A stretch of DNA of 64,000 nucleotides from Clostridia bacterium (GTDB lineage: Bacteria > Bacillota > Clostridia > Oscillospirales > CAG-272), in the NCBI GenBank assembly GCA_017501245.1, contig JAFVXI010000030.1, positions 7,821 to 71,820 on the forward strand. The letters are read 5' to 3'. This document shows, piece by piece, positions 39,933-51,373 of the stretch. Both the position numbers and the translations under genes were made by a program. The notes under the pieces are model-generated. The model did not search any database and was not told the DNA's origin. It worked only from the letters and a program-made list of their open reading frames with translations. The stretch's first letter is position 1, and each line of letters opens with the position of its first letter.

Positions 39933-40588
39933 AATACAAGTGTCTTCTCTTAGACCATGACGACACCGTCGTCGCAAGCACCGAGGCGATACATTATCCC
40001 TCGCTGATAGCCTATTTTGAGGACTATAAGCCGCATTTTTTAGGAAAGTATTCCTTCGAGGAATTCATCCTCAAAAACTTTGATCCCGGCGTCCTCGAGT
40101 TCTTCCACGGAGAGCTTGGGATGAGCGACGAGGAGATGGCTCTTGAGGATAAATATTGGAAGGATTTCGTTGCCACGCGCATACCCACGGCGTACGAAGG
40201 AATAGCCGGGATAATCTCCGAGTTCCGCACCCGTGGCGGCATTATCGGCGTCGCATCGCATTCCTACGAGGAGTATATAAGGCGAGACTACGAGCATAAT
40301 TCTCTCCCCCTGCCCGACTGCATCTACGGCTGGGATCTGCCGCGTGAGCATCGCAAGCCCTCACCTTTCACCGTGCTTGACATCTGCCGCCGCTATTCGA
40401 TAGAGCCCTCCGAGGTCCTCGTCGTCGACGATCTCAAGCCGGGCTACGACATGGCGCGTGCCGCAGGAGCGGACTTTGCCGCCGCAGGCTGGGCTTATAA
40501 CGTGCCCCGCATCGAGGAGTTTATGCGCAAAAACTGCGACTACTACCTCACCTCCGTCGCCGAGCTTTCCGACCTCCTCTTCGGCTGA
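39929..40588 (+). CDS. HAD-family hydrolase
   Basis: LDHDDTVV, KPSP, VVDDLKPG; TTG start overlapping the upstream stop, GGAGG RBS. Confidence 0.85.
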   Translation: MKYKCLLLDHDDTVVASTEAIHYPSLIAYFEDYKPHFLGKYSFEEFILKNFDPGVLEFFHGELGMSDEEMALEDKYWKDFVATRIPTAYEGIAGIISEFRTRGGIIGVASHSYEEYIRRDYEHNSLPLPDCIYGWDLPREHRKPSPFTVLDICRRYSIEPSEVLVVDDLKPGYDMARAAGADFAAAGWAYNVPRIEEFMRKNCDYYLTSVAELSDLLFG

Positions 40589-40608
40589 TGTTACCGACGT
40601 TTTCCACC

Positions 40609-40642
40609 AAAAAAGCCTCATCCGGATAGGGTGAGGCTTTTC
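40609..40642. terminator. Bidirectional intrinsic terminator
   Basis: AAAAAAGCCTCA...TGAGGCTTTT between convergent genes. Confidence 0.75.
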
Positions 40643-40724
40643 TGGTTATAAAAAACTCGTCTGAGTTATGATTTTTCACTACTTATGATTATTCACTACT
40701 TATGATCTTGTCTGAGTTGCGATC

Positions 40725-41375
40725 TCACCCGAAGAAGTAGTCGTATTCGCCGCGAGCCTCTCTGAGGAGGCGCTGCTCCTCACGCATCATACGCTCGGCG
40801 TAGCGCTCGAAGGTAGACGCCGTAAACACCTTGATGCCGTATAATTCGTCACCCGTGAAGGCGATCTTGATCGAGGTCTTCTCCTCCGTAACGTAGGAGA
40901 GCATACCCGGAGCGGGATTTAGTATCAGCGCTCTGACGATATGCTTTTCGCTCTCACTGTATTCCTCGGGGATAGGGAAGGGCGGTGTGTAAACGACCTT
41001 GGCATAGAGGTTTATGCCGGAGGACATAGCAAGTGACGAGCGCCCCATCCCCCTCACGCCGCGAAGGCCCTTCAGGCGCATATAAATGCAGGAATAGCTC
41101 TCGTTTGCAAAGTGGACGCTCTTGGATATGCCGCCGCCCGAATAGAAGCGGATGAGGTATACCGTGTTCATTATCTCTACTCTTGCGTCAGCCCCCTCAC
41201 GCACGAGCCACATAGGTCTGTATGGGAAAGAAAGTAAACTAACCTTTGCATTACAGCTCTTTTTCAGCCCGAGGAGCTTGAAGATCAGCGCCGTGCGCTT
41301 GATAAACCAGGTTAAGAAATTAAAGCCTATCCATACGATTATGACGGTTAAAATCAGCTTGATAATATCGTTCAT
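40725..41375 (-). CDS. Hypothetical protein with N-terminal TM helix
   Basis: ATG 41375 with AGGAGG RBS; hydrophobic N-terminus; follows the 41974 gene closely. Confidence 0.7.
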   Translation of the reverse strand: MNDIIKLILTVIIVWIGFNFLTWFIKRTALIFKLLGLKKSCNAKVSLLSFPYRPMWLVREGADARVEIMNTVYLIRFYSGGGISKSVHFANESYSCIYMRLKGLRGVRGMGRSSLAMSSGINLYAKVVYTPPFPIPEEYSESEKHIVRALILNPAPGMLSYVTEEKTSIKIAFTGDELYGIKVFTASTFERYAERMMREEQRLLREARGEYDYFFG

Positions 41376-41383
41376 AGCCCCTC

Positions 41384-41974
41384 CTAACCGACGTCGCCTG
41401 AGATCCAGGCTGCACGCCACGCCGACAGCGTCGAGGGGATGAGAATAAGCCTCGCCACAACCGAGATCAGCACCGTTATCGCCAAAGCGGGGAAAAGCTC
41501 GGCATATCCGTAGAGTGCGCCGCCGCACCAGATGAGGGGAAAGACGGGCGCCACGTATTCGTATGGCACGAGATAAGCCACCAAAACCATCACCACGGGT
41601 GCAAAAACGGCACTGATAAGATCCGTGATCCAGAACTCCTTGAGATACCAGACTGTCCTCTCGGGGATCCGGTATAGCCCCTCGGTCAGCCTCGTCAGAT
41701 ATTCAAAGCGCTTGTTGTCAAGTCGCATAGCAAAGACGGTCACGACGAGGGTGATGAGCGCAACGGTCACTATCCGCAGCCCCCTCTCCATAGCGAGGTA
41801 GGCCTCCGGCTCCGAGATCGGGCTCGGCCTCGTAAAGAGGGCGGGGAAGTTTAAGACAAGATAGTCGAACACGATTAAGACGAGTGGCTCGGCGATGGGA
41901 TAGATCGCCGCACCGAAAAGGAAGCATAAAAGCCCGAGCAGGGGCGGCAGAACGTATTTGTGCAGTATTTTCAT
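41384..41974 (-). CDS. Hypothetical multi-pass membrane protein
   Basis: AGGAGG RBS; several hydrophobic segments. Confidence 0.72.
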   Translation of the reverse strand: MKILHKYVLPPLLGLLCFLFGAAIYPIAEPLVLIVFDYLVLNFPALFTRPSPISEPEAYLAMERGLRIVTVALITLVVTVFAMRLDNKRFEYLTRLTEGLYRIPERTVWYLKEFWITDLISAVFAPVVMVLVAYLVPYEYVAPVFPLIWCGGALYGYAELFPALAITVLISVVARLILIPSTLSAWRAAWISGDVG

Positions 41975-42191
41975 CCTTGTCCCCTCCTCTCAAAAACGGC
42001 TCGCCGACAGAGCCTCTACCTTCATTATATTGAAGAATGCCCGTCTTGTCAAGCCTTGCCGCCCCGATAGCTCCCCCTCTTTATTTACATTTTGGAAATC
42101 CCCCGCCCTCCGTTTTATCACGCACGCATAATACTTTTTCTTTTTAAGTATTGATTTATTTAGGAAAATATGGTATCATACAGGAAAAGGG

Positions 42192-43838
42192 GTGATCATC
42201 ATAATTAATTTAAAGCTTTTACGTGAAAACGGCGACGTTAAGTTTAAAGCGTACGGCACCGACATCGACGAGCACTACCTCGGAGAATACGAGGCAGGAG
42301 ATAAATATCGTATCGAGCTCTGCGACGGTGAGTTTGTTAAGCTGAGGCTTGATCCTACGCTCGCCGAAAGTATAGTCTACGTGCCGGACGGCGTGTTCGA
42401 GTATCTCATACCCTTCGACAAGGAAAGACGTGCGGGCTATCATCCCGACGCCTTCTCGGGTGAGGACCATCGTATACAGGTCAGTGAGCCCTCCGAGGCA
42501 GAGATCTACGCCGAGCGTCTCATCTCGCTCAATTCGCACGACAGGCACAATATCCCGAAGTACTTCCCCCACGCTGTTGCGAATTTCGTGACCCGTGAGG
42601 ACCCAAGCTTCTTTGAGCGAAACGCCATCGACGGCGTCATCGACAATTCGAGCCACGGCGTATTCCCCTATCATTCCTGGGGCGGCGGCCTGCGTGAGGA
42701 TCTTGAGTTTGAGGTCCATTTCGGAACGGAGGTTCTCGTCAGCTCGGTAGTCCTCTTCCTGCGTGCCGATTTCCCGCACGACACCTATTGGCGTGAGCTG
42801 GACGTCGAGTTCTCCGACGGAACGAAGGCGCACGCACAGCTCGAGGGCGTTGCCGAGGGGCAGAAGGTCAGCTTTGAAGCCAAGACCACCGAGTATATCA
42901 AGCTGACGGGCTTCCGCCAGCAGAGAGTAGAGGGAGATAAGCTCTCCTTCGCAGCACTTACACAGATCGAAATTTACGGTAATTATATCAAAAAGGAGAA
43001 TAAAGGAATGGAAGTCAGAGACGCAGCTAACGCAAAGGACGTCAAGTATTATACAACGGATAGACTCAGAGAGGAGTTCCATATTGCGAACCTCTTCACC
43101 AAGGACAACATCAGGATGGTTTACAGCCATATCGACCGTATCATCGTTATCGGCATGATGCCCGTAAAGGCGGTGCTTCGCCTCCAGGCAGGCAAGGAGC
43201 TCGCAGCAGACTACTTCCTCCAGCGCCGTGAGCTCGGATGCATCAACATCGGCGGTAAGGGTGTCATCACCATCGACGGCGTCGAGTATGAGATGAACCC
43301 CCGCGACGGTATCTACGTCGGTATGGGCAACAAGGAGCTCACCTTCAAGTCCGTCGATGAAAACGATCCCGCTAAGTTCTATATGACCTCCTGCCCCGCG
43401 CACACCTCATATCCCATCGTCAAGATAGATATCACAAAGGCGAGAAAGGTTCCCTGCGGCTCCGTCGAGGACTGCAACAAGAGAGTCATCAACCAGTACA
43501 TACATCCCGAGGTTATGAAGTCCTGTCAGCTCGCTATGGGTCTCACTCAGCTTGAGGTCGGCTCTAACTGGAACACCATGCCCAGCCACACCCACGACAG
43601 ACGTATGGAGGTCTATCTCTATCTCGATATGGGTAGAAACGACGCAGTCTTCCATATGATGGGCGAGCCTAAGGAGACGAGGCACATCGTCATGCACAAC
43701 GAGGAGGCTGTCATCTCTCCCTCCTGGTCGATCCACTCCGGTGTAGGAACCAAGAATTATTCCTTCATCTGGGCTATGTGCGGCGAGAACCAGGAGTTCA
43801 CCGATATGGACCATATCGAAACCAAGGAACTCAGATAA
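42192..43838 (+). CDS. kduI: KduI (5-dehydro-4-deoxy-D-glucuronate isomerase) fused to an N-terminal ~270-aa putative carbohydrate-binding domain
   Basis: C-half from 43008: YSHIDR, RRELG, QLAMGLT, WNTMPSHTHDRRMEVY, SPSWSIHSG, WAMCGEN; the N-half is in the same frame. Confidence 0.88.
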   Translation: MIIIINLKLLRENGDVKFKAYGTDIDEHYLGEYEAGDKYRIELCDGEFVKLRLDPTLAESIVYVPDGVFEYLIPFDKERRAGYHPDAFSGEDHRIQVSEPSEAEIYAERLISLNSHDRHNIPKYFPHAVANFVTREDPSFFERNAIDGVIDNSSHGVFPYHSWGGGLREDLEFEVHFGTEVLVSSVVLFLRADFPHDTYWRELDVEFSDGTKAHAQLEGVAEGQKVSFEAKTTEYIKLTGFRQQRVEGDKLSFAALTQIEIYGNYIKKENKGMEVRDAANAKDVKYYTTDRLREEFHIANLFTKDNIRMVYSHIDRIIVIGMMPVKAVLRLQAGKELAADYFLQRRELGCINIGGKGVITIDGVEYEMNPRDGIYVGMGNKELTFKSVDENDPAKFYMTSCPAHTSYPIVKIDITKARKVPCGSVEDCNKRVINQYIHPEVMKSCQLAMGLTQLEVGSNWNTMPSHTHDRRMEVYLYLDMGRNDAVFHMMGEPKETRHIVMHNEEAVISPSWSIHSGVGTKNYSFIWAMCGENQEFTDMDHIETKELR

Positions 43839-43881
43839 TCACAAGAAAAGTAAATTTAAGTTAACATAAGGAGAATAAAAA

Positions 43882-44685
43882 ATGGCAAACGAAAAGAACT
43901 TTGACCTCACCGGTAAGGTCGCTCTTATAACCGGCGCATCCTACGGCATCGGCTATGCTATCGCAAAGGGACTTGCTGCCGCAGGCGCAACCATCGTCTT
44001 CAACGATATCAAGGCTGAGTTCGTCGAGCGTGGACTTAAGTCCTACGAGGCAGACGGCATCAAGGCTCACGGCTACGTCTGCGACGTCACCGACGAGGAT
44101 GCTGTAAACGCATTCGTCGCCCAGGTTGAAAAGGAGGTTGGCGTTATCGACATCCTCGTAAACAACGCAGGTATCATCAAGAGGATCCCCATGATCGAGA
44201 TGACCGCCGCAGAGTTCAGACAGGTTATCGACGTTGACCTTAACGCTCCCTTCATCGTATCTAAGGCTGTTATCCCCTCCATGATCAAGAAGGGCGCAGG
44301 CAAGATCATCAACATCTGCTCCATGATGTCCGAGTTCGGCCGTGAGACCGTCTCTGCTTACGCTTCCGCAAAGGGCGGACTTAAGATGCTCACCAGAAAC
44401 ATCGCTTCCGAGTACGGCCAGTATAACATCCAGTGCAACGGCATCGGTCCCGGCTATATCGCAACTCCTCAGACTGCTCCCCTTCGTGAGCGTCAGCCCG
44501 ATGGCTCCAAGCACCCCTTCGACAGCTTCATCACCGACAGCAAAACTCCCGCCGGTCGCTGGGGCGATCCCTCCGACCTCGCCGGCCCCGCCGTATTCCT
44601 CGCCAGCACCGCCTCCGACTTTGTCAACGGTCAGATCCTCTATGTAGATGGAGGAATTCAGGCATACTTCGGCAAGCAGCCCTAA
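43882..44685 (+). CDS. SDR oxidoreductase, gluconate 5-dehydrogenase/KduD-like
   Basis: TGASYGIG, NNAG, YASAKGG; adjacent to kduI. Confidence 0.88.
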   Translation: MANEKNFDLTGKVALITGASYGIGYAIAKGLAAAGATIVFNDIKAEFVERGLKSYEADGIKAHGYVCDVTDEDAVNAFVAQVEKEVGVIDILVNNAGIIKRIPMIEMTAAEFRQVIDVDLNAPFIVSKAVIPSMIKKGAGKIINICSMMSEFGRETVSAYASAKGGLKMLTRNIASEYGQYNIQCNGIGPGYIATPQTAPLRERQPDGSKHPFDSFITDSKTPAGRWGDPSDLAGPAVFLASTASDFVNGQILYVDGGIQAYFGKQP

Positions 44686-44724
44686 TTTTTAGCGGTTGTT
44701 TTTGCCGTAAATCTCCGCCCGCCC

Positions 44725-44910
44725 GCCTTGCCGTAGGTTTCTACGGCTGGCGGCAGCCGTGGCGAGATTTCCAATCAAAAACACCTCGCTAAAAATACTC
44801 TTTTGATGCTTGGGCGCATATCGCGCGACCCTCGCCAAGCTCGCCGTAGGTAACTACGGCTTCGGGCAGGACTCCCACAATCTGCATCAAAAACACCTCG
44901 CTAAAAATGC
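44725..44910. repeat. Degenerate ~113-bp duplication with GCCGTAGGTWWCTACGGC hairpins
   Basis: GCCGTAGG at 44730 and 44843; ATCAAAAACACCTCGCTAAAAAT occurs twice. Confidence 0.75.
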
Positions 44911-45091
44911 CCGATAAAGGCTTTTTTACGAATAATCTTACTATTATCTCTTGTGGCTTATGCCTTTGCTTTCAGCATGTGGCGTGCATATGATATATTG
45001 CCAAGAGATATATCCGCCTTCGGTCACTGCGAAGGCTCCTGCGGCTATGTCGCAAACTATCGACGTTTTAGAAAAAAGAAAGGCTTCAATA

Positions 45092-46252
45092 ATGAAGAAT
45101 TGTAAAGAGCTTCTCGCTGAAAACAAGCAGTGGCTTGAGGATCTGTTCGCTAAGATAGATGCGAAGATGTCTCGTGTCACCCTCCGCTCTGCTGACATGC
45201 TCGTTGACGGAGTTAACGCACAGGGCAGACACAATAAGATCGGCCCCACCGCTTGGACCTCCGGCTTCTGGGGCGGCCTTAACTACATGCTCTATAACTA
45301 CACCAAAAACGAGGATTACCTCACCACGGCTAAAAACTGCGAGGTCCTTATGGACGCCGCATTCTCGCCCGAGGGCTATCCCCGTCTGCATCACGACGTT
45401 GGCTTCCAGTGGCATATCTGCTCCGGAGCAGGCTATCGCATCACGGGCGACGAGCAGTCTAAATACCGTGCGCTCATCGCATCAAATATGCTCGCTTCCC
45501 GCTATATCCCCTCCGCTAAGCTCATCCGCTCTTGGAACGGCTCCTGGCGTGGCCTCGACACCACCGGCCTCACCATCATCGACTGCCTTATGAATCTCCC
45601 CCTCCTCTATTGGGCAAGCGAGACTCTCGGCGACGATAGATTTAAGCAGGTCGCTATGGATCACGCCGACATGGCTATGCGTGATCACCTCCGTCCCGAC
45701 GGCTCTATCAATCACATCGTTGAGCACGACAGATCCACCGGCGAGATGATCAGAACCTACGGCGGTCAGGGCTATTGCGAGGGCTCCTCCTGGTCCCGCG
45801 GTCAGTCCTGGGGCGTTTACGGCTTCGTCCTCTCCTACATTCACACCGGAGAGCAGAGATATCTCGACGCCGCTAAGCGTGTAGCTCACTACTTCATAGC
45901 AAACTGCTGCGACGATTGGCTCCCCCGTGTCGACTTCCGTGCGCCCTCCGAGCCCGTCTACTACGATGCGACGGCAGGTGCTTGCACCGCTTGCGGCCTC
46001 ATCGAGATCGCTAAGGCTGTCGGTGAGCACGAGGGCGGAATGTATATGCATGCAGCTATAAGGATCCTCAAGGCAATGGCGGAAAAGTTCCTCGATCTCG
46101 ACCCCGAGACCGACGGCCTGCTCGGCTTCGGCACCTCCTCCTATCCCGTGGACGGCCCCGTCGCTAAGCTCCACACCAACATCACCTACGGCGACTTCTT
46201 CTACATCGAGGCGATCCTTAAGCTCTTAGGCTCGGATTTCCTCCCCTGGTAA
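45092..46252 (+). CDS. Glycoside hydrolase family 88 (unsaturated glucuronyl hydrolase)
   Basis: WTSGFW, HHDVGF, IIDCLMNL, SSWSRGQSW, YGDFFYIEA. Confidence 0.92.
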   Translation: MKNCKELLAENKQWLEDLFAKIDAKMSRVTLRSADMLVDGVNAQGRHNKIGPTAWTSGFWGGLNYMLYNYTKNEDYLTTAKNCEVLMDAAFSPEGYPRLHHDVGFQWHICSGAGYRITGDEQSKYRALIASNMLASRYIPSAKLIRSWNGSWRGLDTTGLTIIDCLMNLPLLYWASETLGDDRFKQVAMDHADMAMRDHLRPDGSINHIVEHDRSTGEMIRTYGGQGYCEGSSWSRGQSWGVYGFVLSYIHTGEQRYLDAAKRVAHYFIANCCDDWLPRVDFRAPSEPVYYDATAGACTACGLIEIAKAVGEHEGGMYMHAAIRILKAMAEKFLDLDPETDGLLGFGTSSYPVDGPVAKLHTNITYGDFFYIEAILKLLGSDFLPW

Positions 46253-46378
46253 AAATATACCCCGTCGTGTGCGGCGCCTCACTACTGTGGTGGTCGTGCG
46301 TCACGCTCGGTAGACAAAAAGCCCTGACCTATCCTAAAGGACGGGGCTTTTTATTTTTTGAAAAACAAATATCAAACG

Positions 46379-46416
46379 AAAAAGATCCGAAGGGCAGAGC
46401 CGATCGGATCTTTTTT
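46379..46416. terminator. Intrinsic terminator of groESL (bidirectional form)
   Basis: AAAAAGATCCGA...TCGGATCTTTTTT; a second hairpin at 46316-46352 likely terminates the GH88 gene. Confidence 0.75.
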
Positions 46417-46460
46417 CTATTAAAAGCAAACTAATATTTACTTATCTTTGCATTTCGGGA

Positions 46461-48116
<1,656 letters not shown>

Positions 48117-48404
48117 TTAGTCCTCGACAACTGCGAGGATGTCAGCCTGGCTGACGATAGTGTAGTCAACGCCGTCGAGCTTGACCTCCGTGCCGGTGTA
48201 CTTACCGGTGATGACCTTCTCGCCGACCTTAAGAGTCATAACGACCTCCTTGCCGTCAACGAGTCCGCCGGGGCCGACCGCAACGATCTCGGAGACCTGG
48301 GGCTTCTCCTGAGCGGAGCCGGGGAGGAGAATACCAGCCTTGGTAACCTCAACCGCCTCGACCTTCTTTAAAACGACCTTATCAAGTAAGGGCTTAAGCT
48401 TCAT
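48117..48404 (-). CDS. groS: Co-chaperonin GroES
   Basis: [28 protein letters not shown]. Confidence 0.97.
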   Translation of the reverse strand: MKLKPLLDKVVLKKVEAVEVTKAGILLPGSAQEKPQVSEIVAVGPGGLVDGKEVVMTLKVGEKVITGKYTGTEVKLDGVDYTIVSQADILAVVED

Positions 48405-48428
48405 TATTAGTTCCTCCGTTTTTCTAAT

Positions 48429-48455
48429 TTAGCACTCTTGTGCCGTGAGTGCTAA
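48429..48455. promoter_or_regulatory. CIRCE element (HrcA operator)
   Basis: Perfect TTAGCACTC-N9-GAGTGCTAA upstream of groS; minus-strand TTGATT-N17-TAGAAT promoter at 48498-48470. Confidence 0.97.
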
Positions 48456-48551
48456 TCTTCACACGCTATATTCTATAACAACATAGCCCGAAAATCAATA
48501 GCTTTCATTAATGTTCACAATTTATTAACACTTGGGCGTTTCAAATCCCCA

Positions 48552-48805
48552 AAACGCCCCGAAGGGGCATATCGCTTGTCTGGGGCAAATATCGCATTTT
48601 GGACGTGAGTGGCCAAAATATATCGCAGATCACCCTATGTGATCTATATCGCTGCGCACCTGCGCACAGATACTCTTTGTCTGTTAAACGCCCCGAAGGG
48701 GCATATCGCTTGCCCACAGGGCAAATATCGCATTTTGGACGTGAGCGATCAAAATATATCGCAGATCATCCTATGTGATCTATATCGCTGCGCACCTGCG
48801 CACAT
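48552..48805 (-). repeat. Two copies (134-bp period) of a five-hairpin array with GCGATAT linkers
   Basis: Plus strand: GCCCC-GAA-GGGGC, TTGYC..GGCAA, ATTTTG..CAAAAT, AGATCA..TGATCT, TGCGCA-CC-TGCGCA, each separated by ATATCGC; copies start at 48552 and 48686. Confidence 0.9.
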
Positions 48806-48821
48806 ACGGTAGCACCCACCT

Positions 48822-49559
48822 CTATTCCATCTCATGCCTCAGCTTTTCGATGATCTTTTTTTCCTCTCTTGACACCTTGACCTGCGATAGCCCGAGCAGC
48901 CTTGCCACCTCGCACTGGGACAGGTCCTTGAAGTATCTGAGGATGATTATCCTGCGCTCGGTTTCCCCGAGCCTCTCTATGGCGAGGCGCAGGGCGAGGC
49001 GGTCGAAGCAGCGCTCCTCCTCCCCCTCCTCGGCAACCGTCGAGCCCAGTGTAGCTCCCTCGTCGCCCTCGTAGATGCATTCCTCAAGCGACCTGACCGG
49101 CGACTCGGAAAAGAGTGCGGAGGCGGCATCCTCCATCGAGACGCCGAGCGCCGCCGCCAGCGATGAAACGTCGCACCGCTCACCGAGGTTCAGCCGCCTC
49201 TCTCTTTCCTTATTTAAGAGGGCAGAGAGCCGCTTTTCCGCTCTTGACACCTTGATTATCCCGTCGTCGCGCAGGAAGCGGCGTATCTCACCGAATATCA
49301 GCGGCACCGCATAGGTAGAGAAGGCGCAGCCCCTCTCGGTGTCAAAGGTGTTTATCGCCTTGACCAGCCCGACCGTCCCGCAGTCGACCAGCTCGCCCAT
49401 GTCCGCTCCTCTATCCTTAAATCTCGCCGAGATGGAGTAAACGAGCGGTATATTCAGCCGCACCAGCTCCTCTCCCGCCTCCTTGTCGCCGCCTCTGTAG
49501 CTTTTTATCAGCTCGGGGTTTTTGTCGTAGCCTGCCCCTCTTTTTAACCCTTGTGGCAC
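48822..49559 (-). CDS. sigF: Sporulation sigma factor SigF
   Basis: FSTYAVPLIFGEIRRFLRDDGIIKVSR, LRYFKDLSQ..VA..LGLSQVKVSR; third gene of the spoIIA operon. Confidence 0.9.
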   Translation of the reverse strand: MPQGLKRGAGYDKNPELIKSYRGGDKEAGEELVRLNIPLVYSISARFKDRGADMGELVDCGTVGLVKAINTFDTERGCAFSTYAVPLIFGEIRRFLRDDGIIKVSRAEKRLSALLNKERERRLNLGERCDVSSLAAALGVSMEDAASALFSESPVRSLEECIYEGDEGATLGSTVAEEGEEERCFDRLALRLAIERLGETERRIIILRYFKDLSQCEVARLLGLSQVKVSREEKKIIEKLRHEME

Positions 49560-50017
49560 GTCTTCTCCTCGGCGTAGGGCTTTAGATTTTTCCGCAAAAG
49601 AACCGTCGTCCCCCTCCCGAGCTTAGACTTTACGCTCATCGAGTCGGTGAAGCTCTCCATAACGAGAAATCCCATGCCGCATCTCTGCCCGGGGTCGCCC
49701 GTCGTAAAGCTCGGGGTCCTCGCACGGTCGATATCCTCGATGCCACAGCCGGTGTCTGCGATCTCGACGGTTACCTCCCTGTTATCGTATATCCTGGCAG
49801 ATATGTAAATAAAAGTAGGGATATTTTGGCTATAACCCTTATATCCATGCACAATGGAGTTCGTCACCGCCTCGCTTATAGCGCATCTAAGGTCGCAAAG
49901 CTCCTCGACCGTCGGGTCAAGCTCTGCGATAAATGCGGAGATGCAGGCTCTGGCAACCGCCTCGTTTTCTCCTATCGCTCTTAAGCGCAGCTTCATCTCA
50001 TTTATTATCCTTTTCAT
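49544..50017 (-). CDS. spoIIAB: Anti-sigma F factor
   Basis: ENEAVAR, SEAVTNSIVHGY, DTGCGI, GMGFLVMESFTD. Confidence 0.93.
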   Translation of the reverse strand: MKRIINEMKLRLRAIGENEAVARACISAFIAELDPTVEELCDLRCAISEAVTNSIVHGYKGYSQNIPTFIYISARIYDNREVTVEIADTGCGIEDIDRARTPSFTTGDPGQRCGMGFLVMESFTDSMSVKSKLGRGTTVLLRKNLKPYAEEKTCHKG

Positions 50018-50026
50018 TTGTCCTCC

Positions 50027-50353
50027 TCATCTCTCGCAGGGTGCGACGGTCAGATTATCTATCCTCTCGACGCCCGAGAGGCGAATGAGCTTTGATAGCT
50101 GTGCGGACAGCCCCACGAGGCGCACCGTCGCCCCCATAGAGCGTGCGACCTCGCATCTGCCTATTATCAAGGCTATGCCCGACGAGTCCATAAACCCGAC
50201 CGACCCGAGGTCGAGCGTCAGCCTCCTTGGCCGCCTATAAAACATCCGCCTGTCTATCTCCTCTCTTATCCCCACGACGGTGTGATGGTCTATCTCGGCG
50301 GATATCCCCGCTATCAGCTCGTCCTGCCTCTCGATAAAATCAACGTGCGTCAT
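50027..50353 (-). CDS. spoIIAA: Anti-sigma F factor antagonist (STAS)
   Basis: EIDHH, FMDSSGI. Confidence 0.93.
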   Translation of the reverse strand: MTHVDFIERQDELIAGISAEIDHHTVVGIREEIDRRMFYRRPRRLTLDLGSVGFMDSSGIALIIGRCEVARSMGATVRLVGLSAQLSKLIRLSGVERIDNLTVAPCER

Positions 50354-50531
50354 CCTTTGCCTCCCAAGTCCTTCCTCGGCGTATAGCCTCGGCTCTTTTT
50401 TTATTCCTTCCTATCAATTATATCCCCCCCTCAGTGTGAATTTTGTCGCACCGTGGCACATCGAAAAATATATTTATCCCGAAAAAAACGAGTGCGCCTG
50501 CCGTCCTCTCGCTCCGAGTGGTCATATCGGA

Positions 50532-50864
50532 TCAAAAGAGATGCAGCTTTTTTGCGATGTTCATCTTCACAGCCTGCTTTGAGAGCTTGTAGGTGTTTTC
50601 ATCGACGGCGGGATGCTCGGTCTTAGCGTAGCCTATTCTCCTTCCTATTTCATTGATATATAGTTCGGCGTACCTCTCCCCGACGACCTCTGCCGCCCCC
50701 TCGAGCATCAGATAGTTTATGTATTTATACTCCATGGCGCAGCGCTTGTTGACCGAGCCGAGCGTCATGGCGTCCTTCCTCCGCTCATAATCTGCGCAGA
50801 GCGCACCCACGAGGGCGTCGAGCGTGTCCTTGTAGCCGTGGTTGGTCAGTCCTCTAAAGCCCAT
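50532..50864 (-). CDS. Hypothetical protein, possibly ArpU/RinA-like transcriptional activator
   Basis: AGAGG RBS; C-terminus ENTYKLSKQAVKMNIAKKLHLF resembles ArpU/RinA ends by eye. Confidence 0.55.
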   Translation of the reverse strand: MGFRGLTNHGYKDTLDALVGALCADYERRKDAMTLGSVNKRCAMEYKYINYLMLEGAAEVVGERYAELYINEIGRRIGYAKTEHPAVDENTYKLSKQAVKMNIAKKLHLF

Positions 50865-51166
50865 TTTGCATCCTCTAATTCCGCCTTAAGTATATCGAGG
50901 CTCCCACGCAGATCAAACAGGGCGCTGAGCGTGCTGTCCGCATCCTCGACGAGCGCCCTCAGCCTGGGGATCCAGCTCTCGGGCTCGCTGCCTGCGTAGG
51001 CGTTCATCGCCCCCTCAAGCATGCGCCTTACGTTCAGCATCTCGTAGACCTCGCATATGCGTGCTCTTATCCTGCCGATATCTCTGCCGATCTCCTCGGT
51101 CGAGCGATAGAGGGTCGGCGGATCCCCCTCGTATCCGTTATAGCCTTGGTAAAAAATTGATGGCAA
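50846..51166 (-). CDS. Hypothetical helical/coiled-coil protein
   Basis: TTG start after AAGGAAGGA; overlaps the downstream gene. Confidence 0.6.
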   Translation of the reverse strand: MPSIFYQGYNGYEGDPPTLYRSTEEIGRDIGRIRARICEVYEMLNVRRMLEGAMNAYAGSEPESWIPRLRALVEDADSTLSALFDLRGSLDILKAELEDAKWALED

Positions 51167-51272
51167 CGTTATCCTTCCTTTCCTTTATTATTTCTCACCG
51201 CCCGGTAGGACAGGGCTGCCCCGAGCCGACGTGAGATAGGGCGCGGTAAAGCTGACGCCCTCCTTTGCAACT

Positions 51273-51373
51273 ATCTTATCACGGCAAAAAGTCACCTGTC
51301 AAGTGACTTTTCAGGGCAATTTCGGTTAATATTTCGCATCCTTGTTGCAAATCACGTGACTTTATGCTAAACT
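51273..51373. promoter_or_regulatory. Divergent SigA promoters with GTCAC/GTGAC operator sites
   Basis: AAAAGTCAC-N7-GTGACTTTT (51287-51311) encloses the minus-strand TTGACA; ATCACGTGAC (51351-51360) lies between TTGCAA (51345) and TAAACT (51368). Confidence 0.65.

Noticed and set aside
40666-40706. 17-bp tandem repeat TTATGATTWTTCACTAC, about 2.4 copies
   Set aside because: Short AT-rich duplication between convergent genes, consistent with slippage
50395-50470. Spo0A boxes and SigH promoter for spoIIA
   Set aside because: Only imperfect matches (TGTCGCA, CATCGAA); expected from context but not supportable from sequence
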